Source: Scyliorhinus canicula
Lineage: Eukaryota
NCBI RefSeq assembly: GCF_902713615.1
Contig: NW_024055457.1
Span: forward strand, 1 to 64,000
Length of the DNA stretch: 64,000 nt
Direction: 5' to 3'
The notes below the pieces were generated by a model. That model worked only from the letters and a program-made list of their open reading frames with translations, ran no database searches and was not told where the DNA came from. Shown here in pieces: positions 1 to 10,735 of the stretch (positions within the stretch are counted from its first letter, which is position 1; each line of letters starts with the position of its first letter). The translations under genes and the position numbers were made by a program.

Positions 1-2600
1 TGAGTGAGCATGGAGTGTGCAACAACTCTGCAGGAAGAGAGAGTGAGGAGTGTGCTACAACGCTGCAGGAAGAGTGAGTGAGGAGTGTGCAACAACACTA
101 CAGGAAGAGTGAGTGAGGAGTATGCAACAACGCTGCAGGAAGAGTGAGTGAGGAGTGTGCAACAACGCTGCAGGAAGAGTGAGTGAGGAGCGCAGCAACG
201 ATGCAGGAAGAGTGAGTGAGGAGTGTGCAACAACTGCAGGAAGAGTGAGTGAGGAGTGTGCAGCAACACGCAGGAAGAGTGAGTAAGGAGTGTGCAACAA
301 CGCTGCAGGAAGAGTGAGTGAGGAGCGTGCAAAAGCTGCAGGAAGAGAGAGTGAGGAGTGTGCAACAACGCTGCAGGAAGAGTGAGTGAGGAGTGTGCAA
401 CAACGTGCAGGAAGAGTGAGTGAGGAGTGTGCAAGAACGCTGCAGGAAGAGTGAGTGAGGAGCGTGCAAGAACGCCGCAGGAAGAGAGGAGGGTGTGCAG
501 AAACACTGCAGGAAGAGTGAGTAGGAGTGTGCAACAACGCTGCAGGAAGAGTGAGTGAGGTGCGTGCAACAACGCTGCAGGAAGAGTGAGTGAGGAGTGT
601 GCAAGAACGCTGCAGGAGAGAGAGAGTGAGGAGTGTGCAACAACGCTGCAGGAAGAGTGAGTGAGGAGTGTGCAACAACGGTGCAGGAAGAGTGAGTGAG
701 GAGTGTGCAACAACGCTGCAGGAAGAGAGAGTGAGGAGTGTGCAAAACACTGCAGGAAGAGTGAGTGAGGAGTGTGCAACAACGCTGCAGGAAGAGTGAG
801 TGAGGGTGCAACAACGTGCAGGAAGAGTGAGTGAGGATGTGCAACAACGCTGCAGGAAGAGTGAGTGAGGAGCGTGCAAGAACGCTGCAGGAAGAGAGAG
901 ATGAGGAGTGTGCAAACGTGCAGGAAGAGAGTGAGGAGTGTGCACAACGCTGCAGGAAGAAGAGTGAGGAGTGTGGAACAACACTGCAGGAAGAGTGAGT
1001 GAGGAGTGTGCAACAACGCTGCAGGAAGAGTGACTGAGGATGTGCAACAATGCTGCAGGAAGAGAGAGTGAGGAGTGTGCAAGAACGCTGCAGGAAGTGT
1101 GAGTGAGGAGCTTGCAACAACACTGCAGGAAGAGTAAGTGAGGAATGTGCAACAACGCTGCAGGAAGAGTGAGTGAGGAGTGTGCAACAACGCTGCAGGA
1201 AGAGTGAGTGAGGAGCGTGCAAGAACGCTGCAGGAAGAGAGAGTGAGGAGTGTGCAAGAGCGCTGCAGGAAGAGAGAGTGATGAGTGTGCTACAACGCTG
1301 CAGGAAGAATGAGTGAGGAGTGTGGAACAACACTGCAGGAAGAGTGAGTGAGGAGTGTGCAACAACGCTGCAGCAGAGTGACAGAGGAGTGTGCAACAAC
1401 GCTGCAGGAAGAGAGAGTGAGGAGTGTGCAAGAACGCTGCAGGAAGAATGAGTGAGGAGTGTGTAACAGCGTTGCAGGAAGAGTGAATGCAGAGAGTGCA
1501 ACAACGCTAGGAAGTGTGAGTGTGGTGTGCAACAACACTGCAGGAATGAGGAGAGTGAGGAGCGTGCAAGAACGCTGCAGGAAGAGTTATTGAGGAGTGT
1601 GCAACAACACTGCAGGAAGAGTGAATGCAGAGAGTGCAACAACGCTGCATGAAGAGTGAGTGTGGAGTGTGCAACAACACTGCAGGAAGAGATAGTGAGG
1701 AGTGTGCAACAACACTGCAGGAAGAGTAAGTGAGGAATGTGCAACAACGCTACAGGAAGAGTGAGTGAGGAGTGTGCAACAACGCTTCAGGAAGAGTGAG
1801 TGAGGAGTGTGCAGCAACACTGCAGGAAGAGTGAGTAAGGAGTGTGCAACAACGCTTCAGGAAGAGTGAGTGAGGAGTGTGCAACAACACTGCAGGAAGA
1901 GTGAGTGAGGAGTGTGCAACAACGCTGCAGGAAGAGTGAGTGAGGAGTGTGCAACAACACTGCAGGAAGAGTGAGTGAGGAGTGTGCAACAACGCTGCAG
2001 GAAGAGTGAGTGAGGTGTGTGCAACAGCAGTGCAGGAAGAGTGAGTGAGGAGTGTGCAACAACGTACAGGAAAGAGTGAGGAGGAGTGTGCAACAACACT
2101 GCAGGAAGAGTGAGTGAGGAGTGTGCAACAACACTGCAGGAAGAGTGAGTGCGGTGTGTGCAACAGCACTGTAGGAAGAGAGAGTGAGGAGTGTGTAACA
2201 ATGCTACAGGAAGAGTGAGTGAGGTGTGTGCAACAACGCTGCAGGAAGTGTGAGGAGGAGTGTGCAACAACACTGCAGGAAGAGTGAGTGAGGAGTGTGC
2301 AACAAGGTGCAGGAAGAGTGAGTGAGGAGTGTGCAAAACGCCACAGGAAGAGTGAGTGAGGTGTGTGCAACAACGCTACAGGGAGAGTGAGTGCGGAGAG
2401 TGCAACAACACTGCAGGAAGAGTGAGTGAGGAGGGTGCAACAACGCTTCAGGAAGAGTGAGTGAGGAGTGTGCAACAACGCTACAGGAAGAGTGAGTGAG
2501 GAGTGTGCAACAACGCTGCAGGAAGAGTGAGTGAGGAGTGTGCAACAACACTGCAGGAAGAGTGAGTGAGGAGTGTGCAACCACGCTGCAGGAAGAGTGA
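1..2600. repeat. 35-bp tandem satellite (unit ~GAGTGAGTGAGGAGTGTGCAACAACGCTGCAGGAA), about 74 copies, running off the left edge
   Basis: The period is directly visible (CTGCAGGA at 63, next copy at 98). The long minus-strand ORFs over this region are artefacts of the repeat. Confidence 0.97.
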
Positions 2601-2821
2601 CTGAGCAAAGGGGCACCGCAATCGTTGGACAGCAGAGATGAAGGTGAAACGTGGAGACTGGGTGATTAAAGCTTAAGGAATACTCAGCTTATTTAGCTAG
2701 TCCAGCAGAAACACGTCACTGAGTGAACCCGAAGTTAGTATTTGGCTCCTCGTTAAATTTTCAGAATATAGTATTCACCTTCTGGTTCTGAGCCGAGCTC
2801 GGTATTCCGTGTGAACTGATA

Positions 2822-3153
2822 ATGCTTCGGGTTCACACAGGCATTTTGCTGTGTTTCACTCTGATCTGCACGGAGGTGAGCGGAGAAGCTGAGGTGCAGC
2901 AGCTCCCTGGGTGGATGGTTGTTAGTGAAGCGGGTAATGTGTCCATGAACTGCACCAGCAGTATAGCATTTAACCTCGTACTCTGGTACAGACAGTACCC
3001 GAACCAGTCACCCCAGCATCTGGTGATGGCCACAAGAGGAACCGATCAACACGGGAGATTGCAGCTTCAATCGGTGGAGACAACAAGCTCAGTATCCTGA
3101 CTGTGAGAGAGGCGCATGTTACAGACGCTGCCACCTATCTCTGCGCTGTGAGG
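2822..3153 (+). pseudogene. TRAV: TCR alpha/delta-type V segment with leader and V in one exon; 1-nt frameshift in FR3
   Basis: MLRVHTGILLCFTLICTEVSG-EAEVQQLPGWMVVSEAGNVSMNC...LWYRQYPNQSPQHLV. Restoring one T at 3059-3060 (AGA TT[T] GCA) gives GRFAASIGGDNKLSILTVREAHVTDAATYLCAVR, ending at an RSS. Confidence 0.92.
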
Positions 3154-3192
3154 CACAGTGTAACTAACAGAGGGAGACCCCATACAAAAACC
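3154..3192 (+). promoter_or_regulatory. 23-RSS, perfect consensus
   Basis: CACAGTG (3154-3160) + 23 bp + ACAAAAACC (3184-3192). Confidence 0.97.
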
Positions 3193-3371
3193 TGCACCGT
3201 CTTACAAAGCCGCTTCGCTTCTGCAATATCGGCGTTTCATGAAGGGGTGTTGTATTCCATGGGAAGCGGGAATGACAACAACACGTATATAGAAGCGGAA
3301 GATTTAAAGAGGGTGAAATATGAAGAGAGTTGAACACATGTCGAAGAAAAGGGAAACGTCAACATGTAAAT

Positions 3372-3475
3372 GAAAATGAAATGAAATGAAATGAAAATGA
3401 AATGAAAATCGCTTATTGTCACGAGTAGGCTTCAAATGAAGTTACTGTGAAAAGCCCCTAGTCGCCACATTCCGC
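3372..3475 (-). mobile_element. (AAATG)n tail plus 3' fragment of a short SINE family
   Basis: Reverse complement of the 3' end of the elements at 14692-14870 and 31555-31725. Confidence 0.7.
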
Positions 3476-3786
3476 CACAAATCGGAACGAGTGAAAAAAG
3501 AATACGTAAACAGCACAGAACATTCTGAAACAATGAAAGAAAAATGTAAAAAAGTGAAAAATAACGATCAGGTAAAATTAGAGTTAACGATCAGGTAAAA
3601 TTATAAATGAAGTGACTCATAAATAATGTAAACGGCCTTTTTTAACATCATTCAATCTTCTTTGATAATTCGACAGTTTATGGTTTGAAAAACGGCTTTT
3701 GAAGAATTGCCATTGGATATTGCCCAAAAAGTAAATGTACACCATTTCATCCCTCCTGCCCATGTAAATTTCTCCCACTGGGAACC

Positions 3787-3800
3787 CCGCCAGAGGGCGA
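3787..3800 (+). promoter_or_regulatory. CTCF consensus motif
   Basis: CCGCCAGAGGGCGA matches the CTCF core CCASYAGRKGGCRS closely; binding is not shown. Confidence 0.55.
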
Positions 3801-4029
3801 GCAGGTCCCAAAGTATTTCCTGTTATCAACTGCAAATTATCGTCAAAGTACATGCGGTAACGCTGCGAGCTGCCGTCCTGACGACAGCTTGTTCAAACTC
3901 TGATGCACATTTTCTGCCCTGTGATAGCGGAGATCTTTCCCAGTTTGTTATTGCTGCCTCAGCAGGAGTCCCGGGATCTGTATTTCTGTAACCTTTTTCT
4001 GAAATCCACAACGAACATTAAACTGAATT

Positions 4030-4480
4030 GTTTTTTTGTTTGTCAGGATGTGGTGAGTACTAGGGCTTCGAATGTTTACAATTTAGATAAATGACTTGGA
4101 CGGTATAGTTGCTCAGTCTGCTGACCACAGAGAGAGATGTAGGAAAGTAAATGTTCAAGAGGTCCTGAGGGGTCTATAAAAGGGCATGGATAGGGTAAGT
4201 GAATAGACAAAGATCTGGCGAACAGAATATAATCTGGAAAATATTATTTTTTTAAGTTTGGGAAGTAGATACACAAAGAAGCTGATTATCTGAGGAATTG
4301 CAGTGGACTGAGATTCAGAGGGATCTGGGTGTCCAAGTGCGTGAATCACAAACGTCAGTTTCCAGGTGTAGCAAATAATGAGAATATTGTTGTTTATTGT
4401 GAGGTGAATTCATCACAAAAACATGGAGGTTATGCTTCAGTTATAGAGGGTATGAGTGGGATCACATCTGGGGTACTGTG
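4030..4480 (+). mobile_element. Decayed CR1-type LINE RT fragment
   Basis: Similar to the better-preserved CR1 ORF2 copies at 38532-39481 and 48180-48960. Confidence 0.7.
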
Positions 4481-4590
4481 CAGTAGGGCGCGATTTGTTG
4501 CAATTTGCTAATGGTCTCCTACTGTGACTGTCACTATGGAGGCTGGATTATTGTTTCTTTGCTGAGCACTAACTGGAACTCTGACTGTTG

Positions 4591-4629
4591 GGTTTTTGTA
4601 CGGGACCCGCTATATCTGTAGCAATGTAG
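4591..4629 (-). promoter_or_regulatory. Degenerate RSS (22-bp spacer, heptamer TACATTG)
   Basis: Nonamer ACAAAAACC is intact at 4591-4599. The spacer resembles that of the 9355 RSS. The first C of the heptamer is mutated. Confidence 0.8.
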
Positions 4630-5066
4630 GGGCTGCAAGGCACAAAGATACAGTGCGCGATCAGACATCAGCGTGTTGCCTATAATTGTCTGTAAATGTT
4701 CTTCCCCAGAACATGAAGAATGTATTGTGGAGACTTCCCGGGACTCTGACTGTACCAGTACACATACTGGTTAGAAGTGATTGTCTTCAAGTTGCAGGTT
4801 AGTGTGACATTACTTTCCTCTTCAATCTTTATTTCAGCATTCGGCTGCTCCACTGTGGCTCCAATCTGACATAAAAATTAGATTAAGAGCAACAATCAAT
4901 ATTAGCCTCAAATTGATCAACTTAATCTTCACCATCACTATTGTTTTCACCAGCAATAACATCTGGGTTACAGCAGCCAGGAGGAGAATGGAGTTTTACA
5001 GGGAAGGAAATACTTACTGAGAAGTGAGATAATGATGAGCATCTGAGCGAGCCGGTTCCCCATCAT
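4630..5066 (-). pseudogene. TRAV: TCR V pseudogene, family B; leader exon 5018-5066, V exon 4630-4865
   Basis: Leader MMGNRLAQMLIIISLL with GTAAGT donor. The V exon reads ...EEESNVTLTCNLKTITSNQYVYWYSQSPGKSPQYILH...//...TLMSDRALYLCALQP. It has a small frameshifting deletion near the exon start and an internal FR3 deletion. Confidence 0.88.
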
Positions 5067-5108
5067 CCTTCCTGAGTCTAGAACTCTGCAGTGAGAGGAA
5101 TGCTCTGC

Positions 5109-5214
5109 CAGAGACAGAAATACAGATCCCCGTCACACTGCATTGCTCATCCAGCCAATGGCAGAGGCAGAAATGCAGACCCCCGTCACACTGCACTGCT
5201 GATCCAGCCAATGG
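5109..5214. repeat. Tandem duplication of a 53-bp CCAAT-containing promoter block
   Basis: 5109-5161 and 5162-5214 are near-identical. The paralogous promoter at ~8757-8810 has one copy. Confidence 0.85.
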
Positions 5215-5448
5215 CAGCGACAGCAACTTCTCCACTGACACAATTGGGTCAGAGCGAGAGCAGCAACCGCAAGCTGTGGGCGGGATACCGCAGACTCAGA
5301 GTGAGGCTTGTGCTGACTCTCAGCTGCACTCGGAGCGGAAATAGGAAGGGATGAATCTGCAGAAGACTGTGACCATCCTGCACCTGCTCACTGTTCAAGC
5401 CACTGAGAAGAAATCGAGCTGGAGGGACATGAAGCCCATTTAAACACG

Positions 5449-5705
5449 GCTTCTGACACTAGACACTGTCACTGGATCTGCAAATAGTCTGCCTGTCAAT
5501 GTAGACCATCAAAAGAGCAGAAGGATAAACAAATCTGCCAATGTTTGTTCTCCGTGGGGCTGGGAGGAAATTAACCCGGCTGATGGAGGTAAACCACTAT
5601 TAACTGTATGAGTGTGCGTAAATTCTCATCAATCTGTTAAACTGTACTGATGAGTATAATGTATTACTTACTGTTCAAGAGCACCGCCAGTATTATGAGA
5701 AACGT
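5449..5705 (-). pseudogene. TRAV: Truncated family A V gene: leader exon 5672-5705 (ATG changed to ACG) plus the first ~45 nt of the V exon (5449-5492)
   Basis: Leader ACG-FLIILAVLLN with GTAAGT donor, paralogous to 11821-11854 and 15001-15034. The exon starts GC AGA CTA TTT GCA GAT CCA GTG and then breaks off. Confidence 0.8.
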
Positions 5706-5823
5706 GTCTGATTGAATCGCTCAGTGAATGGGAATGAAATGTCAGATTTTTGGAAGGCGAGAGAACCCGGGTTCTGTTCAGCTCATTGTTCCGCCCACAC
5801 ACAGCAGGGGGCCAGGCCCATTG

Positions 5824-5833
5824 TGACATCACT
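5824..5833 (-). promoter_or_regulatory. TCR V-promoter decamer (CRE-like) AGTGATGTCA
   Basis: Exact match to the AGTGAYRTCA decamer. Also found at 15148-15157, with a variant at 11968-11977. Confidence 0.75.
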
Positions 5834-5889
5834 GAGGATACCTCTGTTGTCGGTTTCATGTGACTTTCCAATCATCATGCTTGGGCTTT

Positions 5890-5903
5890 GCGCCCTCTGC
5901 TGG
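5890..5903 (-). promoter_or_regulatory. CTCF consensus motif upstream of the family A promoter
   Basis: The minus strand reads CCAGCAGAGGGCGC. Confidence 0.7.
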
Positions 5904-6209
5904 TGGATTCTGTTCAATCCGTTTCCGAATGGGGGTTACTGGATGGACTTAAGGTTTATAATATAATAATCTTTAATGTCACAAGTAGGCTTACATTAAC
6001 GCTGTAATTATTGATTTGTATGTCAAAACATCAATGTCAGGAATGAGAATTGACTATTTAAATCTGGATTCTGCTCATTATTACTTTCCCTGACCCAGGT
6101 CCAAACCATTGCACTGGGAGTCCGTTCGCACCTATCCCAGAGCTGGAACAGGAATCCAGTGCGTTCTGGCTTTCCAGTCCCCTGAGCCATCCCCAGCCAT
6201 TGTTCGCCG

Positions 6210-6655
6210 ACAACATGAAAATGGGTGGTGTTCTAAATAGCGCGGAGGAAAGGTTTAGATTGCAGGATGATATAGACGGACGGGCTAGATGGGCAGAACA
6301 GTGGCAAATGAAATTTAACCCCTGAAAAGGGTGAGATGATGCATTTTGGGAGGACTAACAATGCAAGAAAATACACAATGAACGGCAGGACGCCAAGAAG
6401 TATAGAAGCAAGGGGGGAAGCTTGGGTTCATGTCCGTAGACCCCCGAAGACAACAGGACAATGACTTAAGGTGGTGAGGATGACATATGGGATGTTTGTC
6501 TATATTATCCGACGCATGGAATATAAGAGTAGGGAAGTTGTTATGGAGCTGTATAAAACACTGTTTAGCCACAAGCTGGAGTATTTTGTGCACATCTGGT
6601 CGTCACATTATGGGAAGGATGCGATTGCACCAGAGAGGTGCAGAGGAGATTAATG
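6210..6655 (+). mobile_element. CR1-type LINE RT fragment
   Basis: Translations such as ELYKTLFSHKLEYFVHIWSSHYGKD match the CR1 ORF2 C-terminal region. Confidence 0.8.
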
Positions 6656-6789
6656 AGACAACGTATATTTAAAAATTCATTGGATATGCACTAAGTGCTT
6701 GGAGGTGATTTTGAGAGAAGCGAGAAGGTCATGTTATATGAATATATTTTTTTCCCTTTCGGTTAGTGTTATTTTAGCAGTGTCACGAT

Positions 6790-7525
6790 AAAATAAATCA
6801 ACCTATCGCGTGATTTAATGGGGAACAAAGTGTCGTTTGGGGCGCAATTGACAGGATGTTTCTCAATGGCCGCATTTGCGAGATCGCAGCCCGTATTTAA
6901 GGGCACTCGGTGTTGGAAAGTAGCCCCAAGAGCTTCTCACCATTACTGGCTGCCACGCCGTCAGATTCGCTGGATGCGCACCTCATCTAAGGAGGGGAGC
7001 CGGCTGCTCTTAAATGCTCCCTCACCATTCACTGCAGTCAACGCAGAAACATAGCAATATGTAGAGCTGCCCCTCCCTTTGGCGATGCCTACACCTGGCC
7101 AAGCTTCTCGGTGCTGTGGATGCATGAGATGGGACATCCTGTTCCGGGGGGGGGGGGGGGGCGGGGCGGGGGGGGGGGGGTCAGAGGGCCAGCAGCAGAG
7201 GCACCAATACCACCTAGGAGGCTGTGACAACGACTGTCAGTGTGACAGCATGGCAAGGGGGACCGTCGTCCAATGTAGGAAAAAGACCAATGACCTCCAG
7301 TGACCTGCAGGGGTAAGTTACCACCTCTCTCTTGGCATCAGGTCCGCCTGCCACCCCTGAAGTCCAATTCCCCAAACACATGGCTGGCTGGCACCTTGCA
7401 CGCACTGGTCTTTGTGCTTGCTCCTCAGAGCTCACTGGCACCTAGCATCACAACCCCTTGATGTCCAGGTGAGGTGCCCACACATACCATCTGCTATAGA
7501 ACTCCCCTCCCAGCCCCGAGGCATG
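6790..7525. repeat. Unclassified GC-rich interspersed repeat with a poly-G tract
   Basis: Composition differs from the flanks and it lies between two CR1 pieces. I could not assign a family. Confidence 0.35.
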
Positions 7526-8090
7526 GACTAGAAGAGTAGGGAGGTTATTATGGAGCTGTATAGAATGCTGGCTAGCCCGCAGCTGAAGTATTTTCTGCAC
7601 ATCTGGTCACATTATAGAAAGAATATGATTGCACCAGAGAAGGTGCAGAGGAGATTAATCAGGAAGTTTTCTGGGCAGGAGTGTTTCAGTTGTGAAAAGA
7701 GGCTGAATAGGCTGGGATTATTGCCCTTAAAGCAGAGAATGTTGCGGAGGATCTGATCGAGGTGTTCAAAATTCTGAGGAACATAGATAGGAAGAAATTT
7801 TCCCCCTCAGTAGAGCGGGCAAAAACCAGGCGGCATAGATTTAAGGTAAGGGGTAGGAATTTGGAAGGAATTTAAGCGTAGTGAGAACCTGGAACACACT
7901 AACTGTGTTCCAGAGGTGGGAACACTCACAACACTTAAGAAGCGTTGAGATGAGGACTTGAAACGCCATAACATACAAAGCTACGGACCAAGTGCGAGGA
8001 AATTGCTTTAGATTAGATGGATACTTGATGGCCGGGGCAAACACAATGGGCCAAAGGGCCTGTTCTTTGCTGTAAAACTCGACGACTAAG
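7525..8090 (+). mobile_element. CR1-type LINE 3' end
   Basis: MELYRMLASPQLKYFLHIWSHYRKNMIAPEKVQRRLIR... followed by a CR1-type 3' UTR. Confidence 0.85.
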
Positions 8091-8556
8091 GGGCCTGAGG
8101 CAGGGAAACTGATGATGGCGCCACACGGCCGCCTCTCCTTAGGTCAAAGAACGTAAAGGAGAGACTGAACGGAGCTGCTGAAATGTCAGTGGATTGTTAA
8201 TGAAGATCACACGGAGCTGTTTCCTCGAGCAGATCCTTAGATAATTCAACGATTGATGAGAAATAAAGACCAGGAAAATTCCGTCTATTACACTGCGATT
8301 TGTTAAACTATCGAGGGCGGATCTAAATAAAGGCAGAAGAATATTCAACAATAAAGTTAAGAAGTAACTACACAAATGTAACGGGAATAACTGGGGTATG
8401 TAGAAAATGCTGTTTCTGAAAGAAGAATAAGATAATGATTTCAAAGTGTATCGGGAAATATAGATCGTGTGGCCTCATCGCTGACTAGTAGTTTCTAGAT
8501 TCTCGTCCATTCATCTCCCTCCCGATCTATTTCTTCTGAGTGCCTTGCACGATGAG

Positions 8557-8562
8557 CAGGTG
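8557..8562 (+). promoter_or_regulatory. E-box CAGGTG in the conserved family B promoter block GAGCAGGTGCAGGA(T/A)GGTCA
   Basis: The same block occurs at 12751-12756, 16419-16424 and, inverted, at 5381-5386. Confidence 0.6.
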
Positions 8563-8850
8563 CAGGATGGTCACGGAGTAGGGAACATTGAACCGTCGCT
8601 ATTTCCGCTCCATCACTGCCGAGTGCAGCTGAGAGTCACCGCACACTTCACTCAATATTCAGACTGCGGTATCCCCGCCCACAGCTTCCGGTTGCTGCTC
8701 TCACTCTGACTCAATTGTGTTACTGGAGAGGTTGCTGCTGCTCGTTCATTCCTCTCATTGGTCGGATCAGCAGTGCAGTGTGACGGGGATCTGTATTTCT
8801 GTCTCTGACAGATGGTTTCTCTCATTGTAGAGTTACAAACTCAAAGTATC

Positions 8851-9354
8851 ATGAGCGACGGTCTCGCTTCGCTCCTCATCATTATCTCACTTCTAAGTAA
8901 GTATTTCCATCCCAGTAGCACTCCATTGTCTTCCTGAGTGTGTAACCCAGATGTTATTGTTGGTAAAATGACAGAGATTCTTTTGCTGATTATTTTATTG
9001 CCTAATATGAGGCTGCCTCTGATTGTCATTATCGCTGTTGCTTCTGTTAGAATGGAGCCACCAAGACTCCGTGGACTAAAAGGAACCTGAAATAACGGCT
9101 GAAGAGGAAAGTGAAGTCACATTAACCTGCACCGTAGAAACAAGCGATGCTAACCCTTTTGTGTACTGGTACAGTCAGCAGCCCGGGAAAGCTCCAAGCT
9201 ACATGCTTCGAATTATTGGGCTGAATGTGCAAAGGAACACCGAACTCACCGATCGGTTTTCTTCGACGTTTGATAAAAAGAACAAGACTACCGAGCTAAC
9301 GATCAGTAATACAATGATCTCCGACAGCACCGTGTATTTCTGTGCCATGAAGCC
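8851..9354 (+). pseudogene. TRAV: TCR V gene, family B; leader 8851-8896, V exon 9051-9354; single nonsense codon
   Basis: Leader MSDGLASLLIIISLL with a GT-AG intron. The exon reads WSHQDSVD*KEPEITAEEESEVTLTC...VYWYSQQPGKAPSYML...DSTVYFCAMKP, with TAA at 9077-9079 where Gln (CAA) is expected. Confidence 0.92.
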
Positions 9355-9392
9355 CACACTGCTAGAGATATAGTGAATCCCGTACAAAAACC
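9355..9392 (+). promoter_or_regulatory. RSS with 22-bp spacer, heptamer CACACTG
   Basis: CACACTG + 22 bp + ACAAAAACC (9384-9392). Confidence 0.92.
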
Positions 9393-9629
9393 CCACACTG
9401 GCAGTTCCAACTATAGCTCAGCAGGAGCCCCCCACCCCCCCCCCCATATTGTTCAGTTTCCATAGTGAGCTTAGCAACAATTATAACAAACTCTCAGAAA
9501 CATAAATAGTGAGACCCACCTGCACAGTTATACCAGTTTATGATTGCAACTCGCATTCATAAAATATATTGTATTGATGAATCGATCTGCGATACCTTAA
9601 CTCCTGCTTCTTGTTCATATCCTGGTGTA

Positions 9630-9710
9630 CAGACTCACTCACTCAGTAAACTATACAGACTCCCTCACTCAGTAAACTATACAGACTCCCTCACTCAGTA
9701 ACCTATCAGG
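9630..9710. repeat. 26-bp minisatellite, ~3 copies
   Basis: ACTCAGTAAACTATACAGACTCCCTC repeated. Confidence 0.8.
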
Positions 9711-10139
9711 TCTCACTGAGTGACAATAAATGCAGCAACTTAAATCACTGTCGAGGGTTTTCACACAATAAAATCTCCCAAGGTGTGTCACAGGAACTAT
9801 GAGCATATTCGGTCATGTGATCACAAGTTTGGTCAAAGAGTTTGGTTATAAGGAGAATTTCAAAGGAACAATGACTGTCCTTCCTATGAGGGACATAGAT
9901 GGGAAGAAACTTTTCACCTTAGGTGATAACCAATGGGCACAGATTAAAGATAAGGAGTTGGAGATTTCGAGGGGATTTGAGGAAAAACGTTGTCATCCAG
10001 CCGGTGGTGGGAATCGGGAACTAACTGCCTTCACCTCCGACTTTAATCACTGCATCATCGCTGGCCGTGCCTTAAGCTGCCTCGACACAAAGCTCTGGAA
10101 TTCCCTCCCTAGACGTTTTCACCTTTCCACTTAGAGTCA

Positions 10140-10480
10140 AAGAACAATATGGCTTTCCAGCTCAGAAAGAGGCCCTCCGGCCCAGTGTGCATGCGCTGGC
10201 CATCAAGCACCTTTCTATCCTAATTCAATTAACCAGCAGTTGGCCCATAGCCTTGTATGCTGTGGCGTTTGAAGTGTTTATTGAAATGCTTCTTAAATGT
10301 TATGAGCCTTCCCGCCTCTACCACCCCTTTATGCAGTGAGTTCCAGATTCCCATCACCCTCTGGGTAAAATTGTTTCCTCAAATCTCCTCTAAATCCTGC
10401 CCCTTAACTTAAATCTCTGCACCCTGGTTATTGACCCATCTACTAAGTTCCCTCCTATCTACCCTATCTATGCCCCTTAT
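10140..10480 (-). mobile_element. CR1-type LINE 3' end fragment
   Basis: Reverse complement of the CR1 tail seen at 7750-8090. Confidence 0.7.
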
Positions 10481-10604
10481 CATTTTCTTACATAAATATC
10501 AACATTAAGGAAGACGGTGTCTAAAAAGCTGCAATTTAGATTTCTGGGACACATTTGCGGCTCTGTATGTATTTCGGTAAATCCTTAATCAACTCAACAT
10601 CCGA

Positions 10605-10735
10605 ATTCTCAGCTTTGACAAAGAGTCACTCAGACTCGAAACGTTAGCTCCCTTAACCCTCCACAGATGCTGCCAGACCTGCTGGGATTGTCCAGGTTTT
10701 CAGATTCCAGCAATAATTTGCTTTTATTTACATTA
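10605..10735 (+). mobile_element. Penelope-like element terminal fragment (family 2)
   Basis: The same motif occurs at 27835-27972 (minus) and 48775-48865. It has the GACTCGAAACG signature and contains a hammerhead-like fold. Confidence 0.55.
10611..10649 (+). ncRNA. Minimal type I hammerhead ribozyme motif, U3-A8 core variant
   Basis: AGCT-TTGACAA-A-GAGTC(actca)GACTC-GAA-ACGT-T-AGCT gives stem I, the core, a 5-bp stem II and a palindromic stem III. Confidence 0.6.

Noticed and set aside
1-2600. CACACTC in the satellite as cryptic heptamers, or the array as CRISPR
   Set aside because: No nonamers are present. The units are contiguous with no unique spacers, and the DNA is eukaryotic.
55-2616. 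Long minus-strand ORFs up to 549 aa
   Set aside because: They are translations of the 35-bp satellite, low-complexity and open in several frames.
9395-9401. Second CACACTG directly after the nonamer (also at ~19810-19816)
   Set aside because: No nonamer lies at 12 or 23 bp, so it is a shared flank rather than a second RSS.
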